DNA of 64,000 nucleotides from an uncultured Spartobacteria bacterium. Lineage in GTDB: Bacteria > Verrucomicrobiota > Verrucomicrobiia > Chthoniobacterales > UBA6821. Under the pieces are notes generated by a model, which was not told the origin of the DNA, searched no databases, and saw only the letters and a program-made list of their open reading frames with translations. The translations under genes were made by a program, and so were the position numbers. Within the stretch, counting starts at the first letter, position 1. Each line of letters begins with the position of its first letter. Shown here piece by piece: positions 37,280 through 47,113 of this stretch. The stretch is from NCBI GenBank assembly GCA_903847935.1, contig CAINEX010000108.1:514-64513 (forward strand), written 5' to 3'.

Positions 37280-38211
37280 CCCTTATTTTGTGGTATGAAA
37301 ACACGCTTAACGACACGCATGCGTGCACTCCGGGATCGGGGGTTCCGCTCAAGTTCAACCGTTGATGCCGTGATTGATCTAGGAGTGAGTGTATCGAACA
37401 ACAGATCCGGATTTGGTCGAGCTGAAGGCCATGTTGGATCATCAATTTCAACAAGTGAGTGCCTCCGGAAAAAATGTTTCACAATCCGATCCTCGAGCGA
37501 ATGAAACGTGATAATGGCCATCCTTCCGTCCTGCGACAGAAGGTTAGCAAAGGCAGGAAGAGCCCGCTCAAGGGATCCGATCTCATCATTCACGGCAATC
37601 CTAAGAGCTTGAAAAACTCTCGTTGCCGGATGTCTTGGCCCCGATCTCCCGGCAGCAATGAGTTCTGCAAGCTGTCCGGTGGTAGTGATGCTGCCATGCT
37701 GACGTGCACGGACAATACGTGCTGCAAACTGAATGGCCCTGGGCTCATCACCATATTCTCGGAATATCCGTGCCAGTTCGGAAGCCTCCAAGGTATTCAC
37801 CATATCGGCTGCCGTCATACCACTTTTAGCCATACGCATATCCAATGGCCCCTGCCGTTGGAATGAGAATCCCCTCTCCGCTGTATCAAGTTGGTGCGAG
37901 GAAACTCCTAGATCCAGGAGGATTCCATCAAGTTTCTGAATTCCAAGAGTGTTCAGAATTGAGGCAGCCTCGGCAAAGTTTCCTTCAACGGCAGTAAAGA
38001 GATCACCATAGGACATGAGTTTCGTCCGACTATGTTGGAGGGCATCCGGATCGCGATCAAAACCAACCACCCTCGCTCCGCCTTGCAGCAGTAGTGAACT
38101 GTGCCCTCCTCCACCAAGCGTGCCATCTACGAAGGTGCGACCTGGGGCCGGACGAAGGAAATCAATCACCTCGGCCGACAGGACCGGCTCATGATGGAAG
38201 GAGAGACGCAT
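37270..38211 (-). CDS. rsmH: 16S rRNA (cytosine1402-N4)-methyltransferase RsmH/MraW
   Basis: HEPVLSAEVIDFL, DGTLGGGGHS and ITFHSLEDRIVK motifs. I prefer the start at Met32 (ATG 38211). The track ORF extends to 38304. Confidence 0.9.
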   Translation of the reverse strand: MRLSFHHEPVLSAEVIDFLRPAPGRTFVDGTLGGGGHSSLLLQGGARVVGFDRDPDALQHSRTKLMSYGDLFTAVEGNFAEAASILNTLGIQKLDGILLDLGVSSHQLDTAERGFSFQRQGPLDMRMAKSGMTAADMVNTLEASELARIFREYGDEPRAIQFAARIVRARQHGSITTTGQLAELIAAGRSGPRHPATRVFQALRIAVNDEIGSLERALPAFANLLSQDGRMAIITFHSLEDRIVKHFFRRHSLVEIDDPTWPSARPNPDLLFDTLTPRSITASTVELERNPRSRSARMRVVKRVFIPQNKGCA

Positions 38212-38318
38212 GGTTTGAGGAGTCCGGGAGTTGGTCGGCGAAGCCAGATCGTGGTGTGCTCTGTGAAATCTGTTTCGAAGGAGATTGAATGGGAGTCGTG
38301 TCATCTGGTCACGATGGT

Positions 38319-38771
38319 CTAGAGCCCGATTAATTCGGCTACCTGGCGGTATGAATTATTTTCCTCAGCAGATACGGCAGCCCATCGTTTGGTATTCCAG
38401 ATTTCAAAACGGCTTCGACCACCCACAAGGATGACCTCCCCCTCAAGCATCAGCGATTCACACTGCTCTTCGGGAAGTAAGATGCGACCATTGCTATCAG
38501 CAGATACGGCTCGGGCCTGACTGTAGAATTGGCGGATGGCTTTTCGTTGGACATCTTGGGGAAGGCCGCTTGCCCTGATGCGCTCTTCCCATGCATCGAA
38601 TTCATGGGGTGGCATGATCATCAGATACTCACCGGAAGGTGCGGGGATCGCATGAAATCCGACCACCTCACCATTCAACCAAGCTGCGGGAATGGTCACC
38701 CTCTTCTTCGAGTCCATGGACCTCTCGAAGGTACCCGCGTAACTAATTGAATTTGGAAGTGTTGTGGGCAT
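38319..38771 (-). CDS. mraZ: Transcriptional regulator MraZ
   Basis: Two DxxxR motifs (MDSKKRVTIP and ADSNGRILLP) typical of MraZ. I prefer ATG 38771, because the track start (GTG 38798) is itself one of the upstream GTGG repeats. Confidence 0.88.
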   Translation of the reverse strand: MPTTLPNSISYAGTFERSMDSKKRVTIPAAWLNGEVVGFHAIPAPSGEYLMIMPPHEFDAWEERIRASGLPQDVQRKAIRQFYSQARAVSADSNGRILLPEEQCESLMLEGEVILVGGRSRFEIWNTKRWAAVSAEENNSYRQVAELIGL

Positions 38772-38793
38772 GTGTGAAATAGAGGGAAAGTGA

Positions 38794-38828
38794 TCCACTT
38801 TCCTCCACTACGACCCACTTTTACCCAC
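38794..38828 (-). promoter_or_regulatory. Four phased GTGG[G/A] direct repeats, a putative MraZ operator
   Basis: The minus strand reads GTGGGTAAAA GTGGGTCGTA GTGGAGGAAA GTGGATCA. The boxes start at 38828, 38818, 38808 and 38798, an exact 10-nt period, ending 23 nt upstream of the mraZ ATG. A possible -35 TTGACG lies at 38847-38842. Confidence 0.6.
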
Positions 38829-39126
38829 CATTTTACGGGTACGTCAATTCGATTCACTGAAATTTATTCATTTTCTAAGATCAACAAACTGACTTACCAC
38901 CTGAATGACGTTTGATGAATGGTGAAATGACCTCAAATCAGATCGGACGTTTCATTCAAACCCCCTCCCCAAGCGAGACACTGCTTTAAGGCACTGAAAA
39001 TATTTTAACTAAAAATCCTTTTACCTAAATGAGCGGCTTAAGCGGGGGTAAGGACTCATTCTTACTATCATACACCCCAAGGCGGCGGCTTTTGGTGACA
39101 GGAAATGCGCGCTATTGTTATTCATG

Positions 39127-39152
39127 CCTCATGCCTCTTAAAGGGCATGAGG
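39127..39152 (-). terminator. Hairpin about 40 nt downstream of gyrA, without a U-tract
   Basis: CCTCATGCC-tcttaaag-GGCATGAGG forms a perfect 9-bp stem. No T-run follows on the gyrA strand, so a terminator function is uncertain. Confidence 0.3.
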
Positions 39153-39193
39153 TACAGTCGTGTGAAAATCTGCTTGCTCTTTACGGACTTTAA

Positions 39194-41773
39194 TTACTCT
39201 GCGGAAACTACCTCGTCCTCTTTTTGAGATACGACCTTGGCAATACCTTGAAGTTTCTCATCCACGGGCAGGTTAATCAGGATCACACCCATTGTATTGC
39301 GCCCTGCTTCCCGGATTTTGGCAACAGGAGTGCGGACCATCTGACCACCTGAAGTGATCAACATAATCTCGTCGGAATCGGTAACCGAAAGTGCTCCTAC
39401 CACACAACCGGTCTTGTCTCCGGTCTTCATGGTGATGATACCTTTGCCGCCACGGGACTGTTTGCGGTACTCATCGAAAGCTGTTCGCTTACCGATGCCG
39501 TTCTCGCCCGCCACAAGAAGCGTAGCATTGTTGCTGACGAGACTGATGGAGACAACTTCGTCCCCTTCACTTGGTCGGATTCCCCATACACCAACAGTCT
39601 TGCGACCCTGATCACGAAGCTCCTCCTCACTGAAACGAATACTCATCCCCTCTTTGGTCACAAGGACAACCTCGTCATGACCATCGGTGATACAGGCTGA
39701 AATGAGAACGTCACCCTCCTCAATCTCGATTGCGATGATGCCCCCTTTACGAATATTGGAGAAGTCTCCAAGGTTGGACTTCTTCACGATGCCACTGCGG
39801 GTTGCGAAGAAGATATGCTTGTCAGGATTCCAAGTTGTCTCAACCCCACCCGCTCCACCGCTGGTGGTCGACTCAATGCGGAGTGTAGCAGCTATCTGCT
39901 CTCCTGACTGCAAATTGAGAATATTGGCGATTGATTTACCCTTGGCTGTTCGGCTCATCTCGGGAATCTCGTAGACCCGTTCGACATAGCAGCGTCCCGT
40001 CTTGGTGAAAAAGACAAGGTAATCGTGCGTGCTGGCAGTGAAGAGATGCTCCACGAAGTCATCGTCTTCGGTATCGTTCTGCGCCTCCTTGGTGGTCATG
40101 CCGATGACCCCTTTGCCTCCTCGCTTCTGCGAGCGGTAGGCACTGACGGCCGTACGCTTGATCAGTCCCTTGTGCGTTACGGTGATGATGCATCCCTCAT
40201 TGGCGATCAGGTCCTCGATGGAGATCTCTCCTTCCTCGGGAACAAGTTCGGTAAGTCTCGGTCCGGCATGCTTTTCCCTGATCACCTTGAGCTCGCTCTT
40301 GATAATTGAGAGAACCCTCTCCTCACTTCCAAGGATATCGACCAGATTGGCAATGGTCTTAAGAAGCTCCTGGTACTCATTGTTGAGTTTGTCGCGCTCC
40401 AGCCCCGTGAGTTGGTAGAGACGCAATTCAAGGATCGCATCGGCCTGAGTCTCGCTGAAGCAGTACTGCCCTTTCTCGTTGAGACGCGAATCGTGGTGCA
40501 GCAAAATACCGAATTTCTCTATTTCTTTCCTTGAGAAATCAAGTGCAAGCAAGCGGGTGCGGGCCTCCTCGCGATTCGAGGAGTCTCGGATAATCTTGAT
40601 GAAGTTGTCCAGGTTTGCGAGGGCGATGAGGTATCCCTCAAGTTTTTCGGCCCGAGTTTCCGCTTCTCTGAGAAGAAACCGTGTGCGGCGCAGGATGACC
40701 TCGCGGCGGTGCTCAATGAAGCAAGTAATGGCCTCTTTAAGCGAGAGCAGTTTTGGACGACCACGGTCAATGGCGAGCATCGAAACGGAGAAGGAGGACT
40801 CCAGCGCGGTGTGCTTGTAGAGGTTATTGATGACTACCTTGGGAATCGCGTCTCGTTTAAGTTCGATCACCACCCTTGTGTTCTCATCGGACTCGTCGCG
40901 GATCGCACTGATGTCAGTGATGATTTTTTCATTCACAAGTCCCGCAATGCGCTCCACCAAGGTGGCACGGTTTACATTGTAGGGTATCTCCGTGATGACA
41001 ATCTGCTCACGCCCTCCTTTGATCTCCTCGACTCCAGCTCTCCCCCGAACCTTCACCGATCCGCGACCAGTCTCGAAATATTGCCGAATGCCTCCGACAC
41101 CACAGAGTTGGCATCCTGTTGGAAAATCAGGCCCTTTGATGAATTTCATCAATTCGTCGAGTGTGATGTCCGGATTGTCGACCTGAGCACAGACGGCATC
41201 AATCGTCTCTCCAAGATTATGTGGAGGGATGTTGGTCGCCATACCGACGGCAATACCAGTGCCACCGTTCACCAGCAGGTTCGGAATAGCTGCGGGAAAA
41301 ACGGTCGGTTCCTCTCGGGTATCGTCGTAGTTCGGAACGAAATTGACCGTGTCATGATCCATGTCCTCCATGAGGACCGCTCCCAAGGGGCGTAACCTGG
41401 CTTCGGTATATCGCATGGAAGCTGGTGGATCACCTTCAACGGATCCGAAATTTCCCTGCCCCTCGATAAGTGTTTCCCTCATCGCCCACTTCTGAGCCAT
41501 GTGAACAAGGGTCGGGTAGATCGCCTGATCTCCATGGGGGTGATAATTACCCATCGTCTCACCGACAATTTTAGCGCACTTGAGATGCTTGCGCGTCGGC
41601 ATCACTCCAAGCTCGCTCATAGCGAAGAGGATGCGCCGCTGTGAGGGCTTGAGGCCGTCACGAGCATCGGGCAAGGCCCTCGAAATGATGACGGACATGG
41701 AATAATCGAGGAAGGATCTCGAGATTTCCTCGGCCACATCAATCGGTTCTACTTTTTCGTTCTGGTTATACAA
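39194..41773 (-). CDS. gyrA: DNA gyrase subunit A
   Basis: 859 aa ([19 protein letters not shown], active-site region MRYTEARL, C-terminal beta-pinwheel repeats). Confidence 0.95.
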   Translation of the reverse strand: MYNQNEKVEPIDVAEEISRSFLDYSMSVIISRALPDARDGLKPSQRRILFAMSELGVMPTRKHLKCAKIVGETMGNYHPHGDQAIYPTLVHMAQKWAMRETLIEGQGNFGSVEGDPPASMRYTEARLRPLGAVLMEDMDHDTVNFVPNYDDTREEPTVFPAAIPNLLVNGGTGIAVGMATNIPPHNLGETIDAVCAQVDNPDITLDELMKFIKGPDFPTGCQLCGVGGIRQYFETGRGSVKVRGRAGVEEIKGGREQIVITEIPYNVNRATLVERIAGLVNEKIITDISAIRDESDENTRVVIELKRDAIPKVVINNLYKHTALESSFSVSMLAIDRGRPKLLSLKEAITCFIEHRREVILRRTRFLLREAETRAEKLEGYLIALANLDNFIKIIRDSSNREEARTRLLALDFSRKEIEKFGILLHHDSRLNEKGQYCFSETQADAILELRLYQLTGLERDKLNNEYQELLKTIANLVDILGSEERVLSIIKSELKVIREKHAGPRLTELVPEEGEISIEDLIANEGCIITVTHKGLIKRTAVSAYRSQKRGGKGVIGMTTKEAQNDTEDDDFVEHLFTASTHDYLVFFTKTGRCYVERVYEIPEMSRTAKGKSIANILNLQSGEQIAATLRIESTTSGGAGGVETTWNPDKHIFFATRSGIVKKSNLGDFSNIRKGGIIAIEIEEGDVLISACITDGHDEVVLVTKEGMSIRFSEEELRDQGRKTVGVWGIRPSEGDEVVSISLVSNNATLLVAGENGIGKRTAFDEYRKQSRGGKGIITMKTGDKTGCVVGALSVTDSDEIMLITSGGQMVRTPVAKIREAGRNTMGVILINLPVDEKLQGIAKVVSQKEDEVVSAE

Positions 41774-41916
41774 GGGATTGGGCCGTTTTGGCGATTAGAG
41801 GTTTTCTGTCCACAATATAGAGTTGTGGCTGCCAATCTGAAAAGTAAGAAAGTGGAAATTTTAACAACTCCCCAAAGTGCCAGGACATTTACCCACAGAT
41901 CGGAAAAACAAACGAC

Positions 41917-42933
41917 TCAACTTTTCTGGAAGTGCTTTTCCAACGCCTTGACCCTCTCGAAAAGTTTATGAAGTTGCGAAATATAAAAATTCATTTCCTT
42001 CCACTCCTTCATCGGTTTGGCAGGAGCACCGATTAAAAGACTCCCGGCAGGCACGTTTTTGGAAACCCCGGCTTTGGCCCCCAAAATGGCATTGTCACCG
42101 ATCTCCAAGTGTCCGGCCAATCCCACTTGACCGGCCAGCGTCACATGGGATCCTGTTCTTGTACTTCCAGAAATTCCCACTTGGGAGCAGATGATAGAAT
42201 GAGGTCCGATCTGCACATTGTGAGCAATCTGGACAAGGTTATCAATTTTACTCCCTTCTCCGATCACCGTCCTGCCAAAACGCGCCCTGTCAACCGTCGT
42301 GTTGGCGCCGATTTCGACATCATTGCCTATCTCGACAATGCCAGTCTGGGGGATTTTACGTTGCCTTCCCTCCACAAGTTCATACCCAAAACCACAGGAA
42401 CCTATCACAGCACCAGGTTGGACAATCACCCTGTCTCCCAAGAGACACCGCTCCCTGATGATAGCACCAGGATAGAGCCTGCAACCCGAACCCAGTCGTG
42501 TTTCCGGTCCGATTATACAACCTTCACCAATGATCGAACCGGCACCGATGACTGCATTTTCACCGATGACCGCAAGGGCTCCTACAGAAACACCCTCTCC
42601 GAGGATGACTGTAGCATCGACGCTAGCCGAGTGGTGCACGCCCTGTTTTGGAATAATTTCATCAGGCAAAAACATCCTGACAATCCGTGCAAAGACTTCC
42701 GACGGATTTGCTACACGCAATAGTAGGGAGGGGACTTCTTCGTTGAAATCCAGAGGCACAATGACTGCAGAGGCTTTACTCAGGCGGAGCTGGGAAAGAT
42801 AGCGTGGATTCCCAAAAAAACTCACCTCTCCTGACCGGGCTTCAAGCAGGGAAGCTGGTCCGGTTATCTCAAGATCTGGAGTGCCGTCCGGCAATTCCAC
42901 ACCGATATGAGCCACCAATTCTTGTAACCTCAT
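41917..42933 (-). CDS. lpxD: UDP-3-O-acylglucosamine N-acyltransferase
   Basis: 338 aa with an N-terminal LpxD domain, hexapeptide-repeat left-handed beta-helix and C-terminal helix. Part of the bamA-skp-lpxD synteny. Confidence 0.9.
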   Translation of the reverse strand: MRLQELVAHIGVELPDGTPDLEITGPASLLEARSGEVSFFGNPRYLSQLRLSKASAVIVPLDFNEEVPSLLLRVANPSEVFARIVRMFLPDEIIPKQGVHHSASVDATVILGEGVSVGALAVIGENAVIGAGSIIGEGCIIGPETRLGSGCRLYPGAIIRERCLLGDRVIVQPGAVIGSCGFGYELVEGRQRKIPQTGIVEIGNDVEIGANTTVDRARFGRTVIGEGSKIDNLVQIAHNVQIGPHSIICSQVGISGSTRTGSHVTLAGQVGLAGHLEIGDNAILGAKAGVSKNVPAGSLLIGAPAKPMKEWKEMNFYISQLHKLFERVKALEKHFQKS

Positions 42934-43019
42934 CGGATTAGCTCAACGATTTCCTTGGCACATCAAGGAGGGGTAACCAAGAGATTACCCTTGGCATCCG
43001 ACCACGGTCACGTTGCGCC

Positions 43020-43604
43020 TTATTTCGCAACAGGAGCGTTTTTGTTCAGAGCCGTGATTACATCTTGACTGAAGTCAAGATCATCTCGGGAAAAGAGGAC
43101 GACCGGAACCGCTCCGGCACTAAGTCCGGATTTATCGAAGACAATATCGTAACCTTTGGCTTTCACGAGATCGTTCACCGATTTCATGATGTCATCAACG
43201 ATATCCTTGCGCATCCTGAGAAATTGATCCTGAAGTGTCTTCTGCTTGGCACTCCGGAAGTCTGCGATCTCTCGATCCATGGAGCGTGCAGAAGCCACTT
43301 TTGCCTGCTGTTCCTTGAGTTTGGCATCCCGCGCTTCCTTGGTCAGATCCGTCTTTTCCAAATCAGAATTGATTGCACTGATCTCCTGCATGCTCTTTTT
43401 TAGAGTGTCGACCCGGCCATTCAGATCGTCATTCGCGGCCTTCTCGGCCTCGGCGTACTTGGTCTGTGCATTCTTGGTCTTGTAGTACTCACTAAAAACC
43501 CTGTTCATGTCGACAGTCCCGAACTTGACCTGTGCATTGGCGAGAGAGGCTCCTCCCATCAAGAATAGAGTGGCAAGCAGTGCGGTGCTAATGAAATTTT
43601 TCAT
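43020..43604 (-). CDS. skp: Periplasmic chaperone Skp (OmpH family)
   Basis: 194 aa with a signal peptide (ASLANA/QV) and a long K/E/A/Q-rich helical region. Located between bamA and lpxD. Confidence 0.85.
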   Translation of the reverse strand: MKNFISTALLATLFLMGGASLANAQVKFGTVDMNRVFSEYYKTKNAQTKYAEAEKAANDDLNGRVDTLKKSMQEISAINSDLEKTDLTKEARDAKLKEQQAKVASARSMDREIADFRSAKQKTLQDQFLRMRKDIVDDIMKSVNDLVKAKGYDIVFDKSGLSAGAVPVVLFSRDDLDFSQDVITALNKNAPVAK

Positions 43605-43641
43605 GAAAATAATGTGTGTCTTAATCTTGTTTTAACCAATC

Positions 43642-46095
43642 TTAAAAAGTGTAGCCAACATTAAAGTTAAACTGCCCGTTGCTTTTATTCCAGTGATCAT
43701 ACATCACGGGATAACCCCAATCGATACGGATGGGACCGATCGGAAGTTCGATTCGGGCACCGATACCTACATCCCCGTTGAGTCCACCGGAAGTATTGCT
43801 TAGTGAATAATTGTTCAGTGAATAGCCACTGGCGGTTGTCTTCGGGACACCAGTCGTTACCTGGGTTGGATTAAAGTCAAAGGAACCTGCATTGACAAAT
43901 CCCCAATCCGAGAAAAAAGCTCCGCGAAGGCGCGGAATAATCGGATAGGTAATTTCTCCCGTTCCATAAACGGAAGTACTTCCCCCAATCGGGTTGCCGT
44001 AAAAATCCTTGGGACCAACTTCTCTAAAGGCAAATCCCCTCATGTCATTTGCTCCACCAAGGTAGAGTTCGTCAAAGATCGGCGCTTCATTATTAATTGT
44101 TCCCTTGGTGCCGCTACCCCAAGGGTTCATGACCCCGACCGACCCCTTGGTCAAAAGAATCATATCCCAAGGAAGCGGGAAATATTTCTTGGCTTCCAGA
44201 TTCAGTCCATAATCCTGCACATTACCTCCCAAGCCACCACCCGCCACGACACCACTCAAGTTAATGGATTGTCCTTTGTGCGTTAGGAAAAGGCTGTCGC
44301 GATTGTCGTAATCCAATCCGAGGAGGATAGCGCTTTTCGTGTATGGGGAGTTGGCTCCAGCGTCCCGTATGGCTTGTCCATAATTACCGGTTAGGTTGTA
44401 AATACGAATGTCTTCCAAACGGTATTCACCACGTAAAGCTGTGAAGGGAGTGATTGCCTTACGGGCCTGCAGAGCACCACCAAGATTTGACTGGCTATAG
44501 ACAGGACTCAGGAAGGTTGCTGCATGATAGTAAAGTTCCTCACCCACCGAAACCTTATAGCCCATGAACCAAGGTTCCGTAAGCGACATCGTAAAATCCT
44601 GACGTTGGAGACCATACTGCACACGAATCCGGAAGCGTTGACCTGCTCCCGTGAAGTAAGGCCAGTTGAAGAGATCAAAGTTCGACTGCTGGAGTTCGGC
44701 AAATCCGACCAGGCTGTCAATCGAACTGAATCCCGCACCGAAATTAAAGGATCCGGTCTTCTTCTCGTCGACGATGACATCAAGATTCTTGCGTCCGGGG
44801 ACAAGTGTGTCCTGCGGCGCCATGTCTACCTTGGAAAAGTAGTTCAGGTTCATCAGGCGCGTCTTGCTAAGATCAACGAGAGTGGTGTCGAAAACACCCC
44901 CTGGCTGCACCGCCAACTCCCTGCGAATCACATTATCCTTCGTTTTTGAGTTGCCCTGGACATTGATGAGATTGACATAAGATTGGACCCCCTCGTCGAT
45001 GCGGTATGTAAGGTCGATCTGCCCCTCTCCCGAGGGTGTGATTTGAGGTTGCGCCACCATGTCGACATATCCACGGGAACCATAAAAATCGCGCAGTTTT
45101 TTCATATCCGCACCCATGCCGTCAGGTGTGTAGAGCGATCCAGAGTTCATCTTCAGTTGGCGCAGGAGATCAGGAGCAGAGACAATGGAGGCCCCTTCGA
45201 TTGCAAGCTTCTTCACTCGGTACTGCGTTCCCTCGGAGATGGAGATCACCAGATCGACGCCCTTGCCGTTAGGCAAGGGGGTTGTCTGCACATCGGTAAC
45301 ACGCATATCCGCAAAACCCCGGTTCATGTAGAGGGTCCTGATCGCCTCCTTGTCCTCCTCCATCTGGGCCGGAAGAAGCCTTCCTGCTTTTGTAAGGAAG
45401 GAGAGTAGGTTCGCCGTCTTGGTTTTCATCACCTTGAGGAGATCCTTCGGAAAAACCGAGTCGTTCCCAGTAAAGCTGATACGCCGGATCACAAGTTTAG
45501 GACCCTCATTAACCGAGAAAACCACCCTGATCCTTTTATCTGGAAGTTCCGATGTCTTGGCTTCGACCTTCACATCGGTAAAATTCTTATCTTCGTACAG
45601 CTTGATAATCTTCTGGCGGTCATCATTGAGGCGATCGTCGCTCATCGGGTCACCGGGCTTGGTGGCAATTTCCTTCCGAATTTTAGCGGACTTCACCGCT
45701 TCAGCTCCCTCGATCTGCACCTCGCCCACCGTCAATCTACCCTGCAGTAGGACGGTGACCTTGAGGCCGCCTGTCACGGGTTCGGCAAACATGCGGGCGT
45801 TAGAAACATTGCCCGTTGCATAGAGCGCCTTGATATCTTCCTCAACCAGACGGTCATTATAAGGTGCCCCGGGTTTGGTGGCCAGATTATCGAGAACTCT
45901 CTGCTTGCTCAACGTGGTGGGCCCAAGAAAACGGACATCGATCTCCTGGACGATGGGAGCCTGCTGCGGAACCTGAGCCCTAGCTTCGGACATAAATGAT
46001 CCCGTGAACACAGCAACCCCCGCCATCAGCAGGGTGTTTAAAATTCGAAAGCAGTTCATGATGCGGGATTTGTCAATTTCACCTTTCAAAAACAA
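43642..46095 (-). CDS. bamA: Outer-membrane protein assembly factor BamA
   Basis: 817 aa with a signal peptide, repeated POTRA-like modules and a C-terminal beta-barrel ending in the aromatic residue (...NFNVGYTF). Confidence 0.92.
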   Translation of the reverse strand: MFLKGEIDKSRIMNCFRILNTLLMAGVAVFTGSFMSEARAQVPQQAPIVQEIDVRFLGPTTLSKQRVLDNLATKPGAPYNDRLVEEDIKALYATGNVSNARMFAEPVTGGLKVTVLLQGRLTVGEVQIEGAEAVKSAKIRKEIATKPGDPMSDDRLNDDRQKIIKLYEDKNFTDVKVEAKTSELPDKRIRVVFSVNEGPKLVIRRISFTGNDSVFPKDLLKVMKTKTANLLSFLTKAGRLLPAQMEEDKEAIRTLYMNRGFADMRVTDVQTTPLPNGKGVDLVISISEGTQYRVKKLAIEGASIVSAPDLLRQLKMNSGSLYTPDGMGADMKKLRDFYGSRGYVDMVAQPQITPSGEGQIDLTYRIDEGVQSYVNLINVQGNSKTKDNVIRRELAVQPGGVFDTTLVDLSKTRLMNLNYFSKVDMAPQDTLVPGRKNLDVIVDEKKTGSFNFGAGFSSIDSLVGFAELQQSNFDLFNWPYFTGAGQRFRIRVQYGLQRQDFTMSLTEPWFMGYKVSVGEELYYHAATFLSPVYSQSNLGGALQARKAITPFTALRGEYRLEDIRIYNLTGNYGQAIRDAGANSPYTKSAILLGLDYDNRDSLFLTHKGQSINLSGVVAGGGLGGNVQDYGLNLEAKKYFPLPWDMILLTKGSVGVMNPWGSGTKGTINNEAPIFDELYLGGANDMRGFAFREVGPKDFYGNPIGGSTSVYGTGEITYPIIPRLRGAFFSDWGFVNAGSFDFNPTQVTTGVPKTTASGYSLNNYSLSNTSGGLNGDVGIGARIELPIGPIRIDWGYPVMYDHWNKSNGQFNFNVGYTF

Positions 46096-46135
46096 AACTT
46101 ATTTCATGAGGTGATCGGTCACTCTGGTCAAGCCG

Positions 46136-46942
46136 CTATTTCTCTTTGGAGGAAGCGTATTGTTCAATAATTGCCGGAATTTCGTTTAAACTGTTAATCG
46201 TATGGTCAGCCGTGACATTCGCGTGTTCCTCCGATCCCGGCACCTTGATCCAAATGGAACGGATTCCGGCATTTTTGGCCCCGGAAATATCACGCTCAAG
46301 GCTGTTTCCCACCATCAGGGCCTCCGATTGGGAAACATTGAGCTCTGCCAGTAGTCGGTGGAAAATCTCGGGATTAGGCTTTCCGAAACCATATTCGCCG
46401 GAAATCGCGATGGCGTGAAACTGCTCCCCCAATCCAGAAGCCTCAATCTTTTCACGCTGCAGATCGGGAGCACCATTGGTCAGCAATCCGATACGATGAA
46501 TCTGGGATAATTCAGCGATGATTTCGCTAGCTCCAGGCATCAACCGCTGACGGGCACGTCGGGCGGTTGCGAATTCGGCCGAGAGCAATTCCGGAGCCTC
46601 GGCAGGAAAATTTTCACACTGCTTCTTCAGTGCCTTTTGGAAAACTTCAATGCGATAAGAGCTGGACCAGTTGCGGAGAGACGTCAACTCGATCGATTCA
46701 CCGACAAACCCACCCCAGAGGCATTCAAACGCGCTGATTCCGATTTCACGACAGAACGGGCGGCATTCCCCCAAAGACCATAATTCCCTGGCGAAGGACA
46801 TGGCATCACGAGCAAAAGCTGTAGGATCAGTTCCAAAACGCGCTGCTGCTATGGCCGCGGTATGGTCAAAAGATTCGTGAGAAACCGCCTCATCAACGGC
46901 AAGAGTATCATCAAGATCAAACAGGATGGCGCGGATCTGCAT
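46136..46942 (-). CDS. HAD-superfamily hydrolase
   Basis: MQIRAILFDLDDTL (HAD motif I, DxD), LLTNG (motif II region) and VGNSLERDI (motif IV). I place the start at Met11. The track ORF extends to 46972. Confidence 0.8.
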   Translation of the reverse strand: MQIRAILFDLDDTLAVDEAVSHESFDHTAAIAAARFGTDPTAFARDAMSFARELWSLGECRPFCREIGISAFECLWGGFVGESIELTSLRNWSSSYRIEVFQKALKKQCENFPAEAPELLSAEFATARRARQRLMPGASEIIAELSQIHRIGLLTNGAPDLQREKIEASGLGEQFHAIAISGEYGFGKPNPEIFHRLLAELNVSQSEALMVGNSLERDISGAKNAGIRSIWIKVPGSEEHANVTADHTINSLNEIPAIIEQYASSKEK

Positions 46943-47113
46943 AGCGGGTAAGTTTGCCTCATCAAAAACCAATCAACGAGATAAAACTCATGAAAAAACG
47001 GTTTTGATATCTCTACCCATGAAAGAAAAAGCCTCTCCTTTCCAAACCCGTATAGAAACACCGAGCTTTTTGGTCTTGATAAGCGTATCAGTCTGGGTGA
47101 ACTTTTATTTTCT

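Noticed and set aside
42934-43019. Short hairpins and a CCTTGGCA direct repeat between skp and lpxD
   Set aside because: The stems are only 5-6 bp with no U-tract. This is too weak to call an attenuator or terminator.
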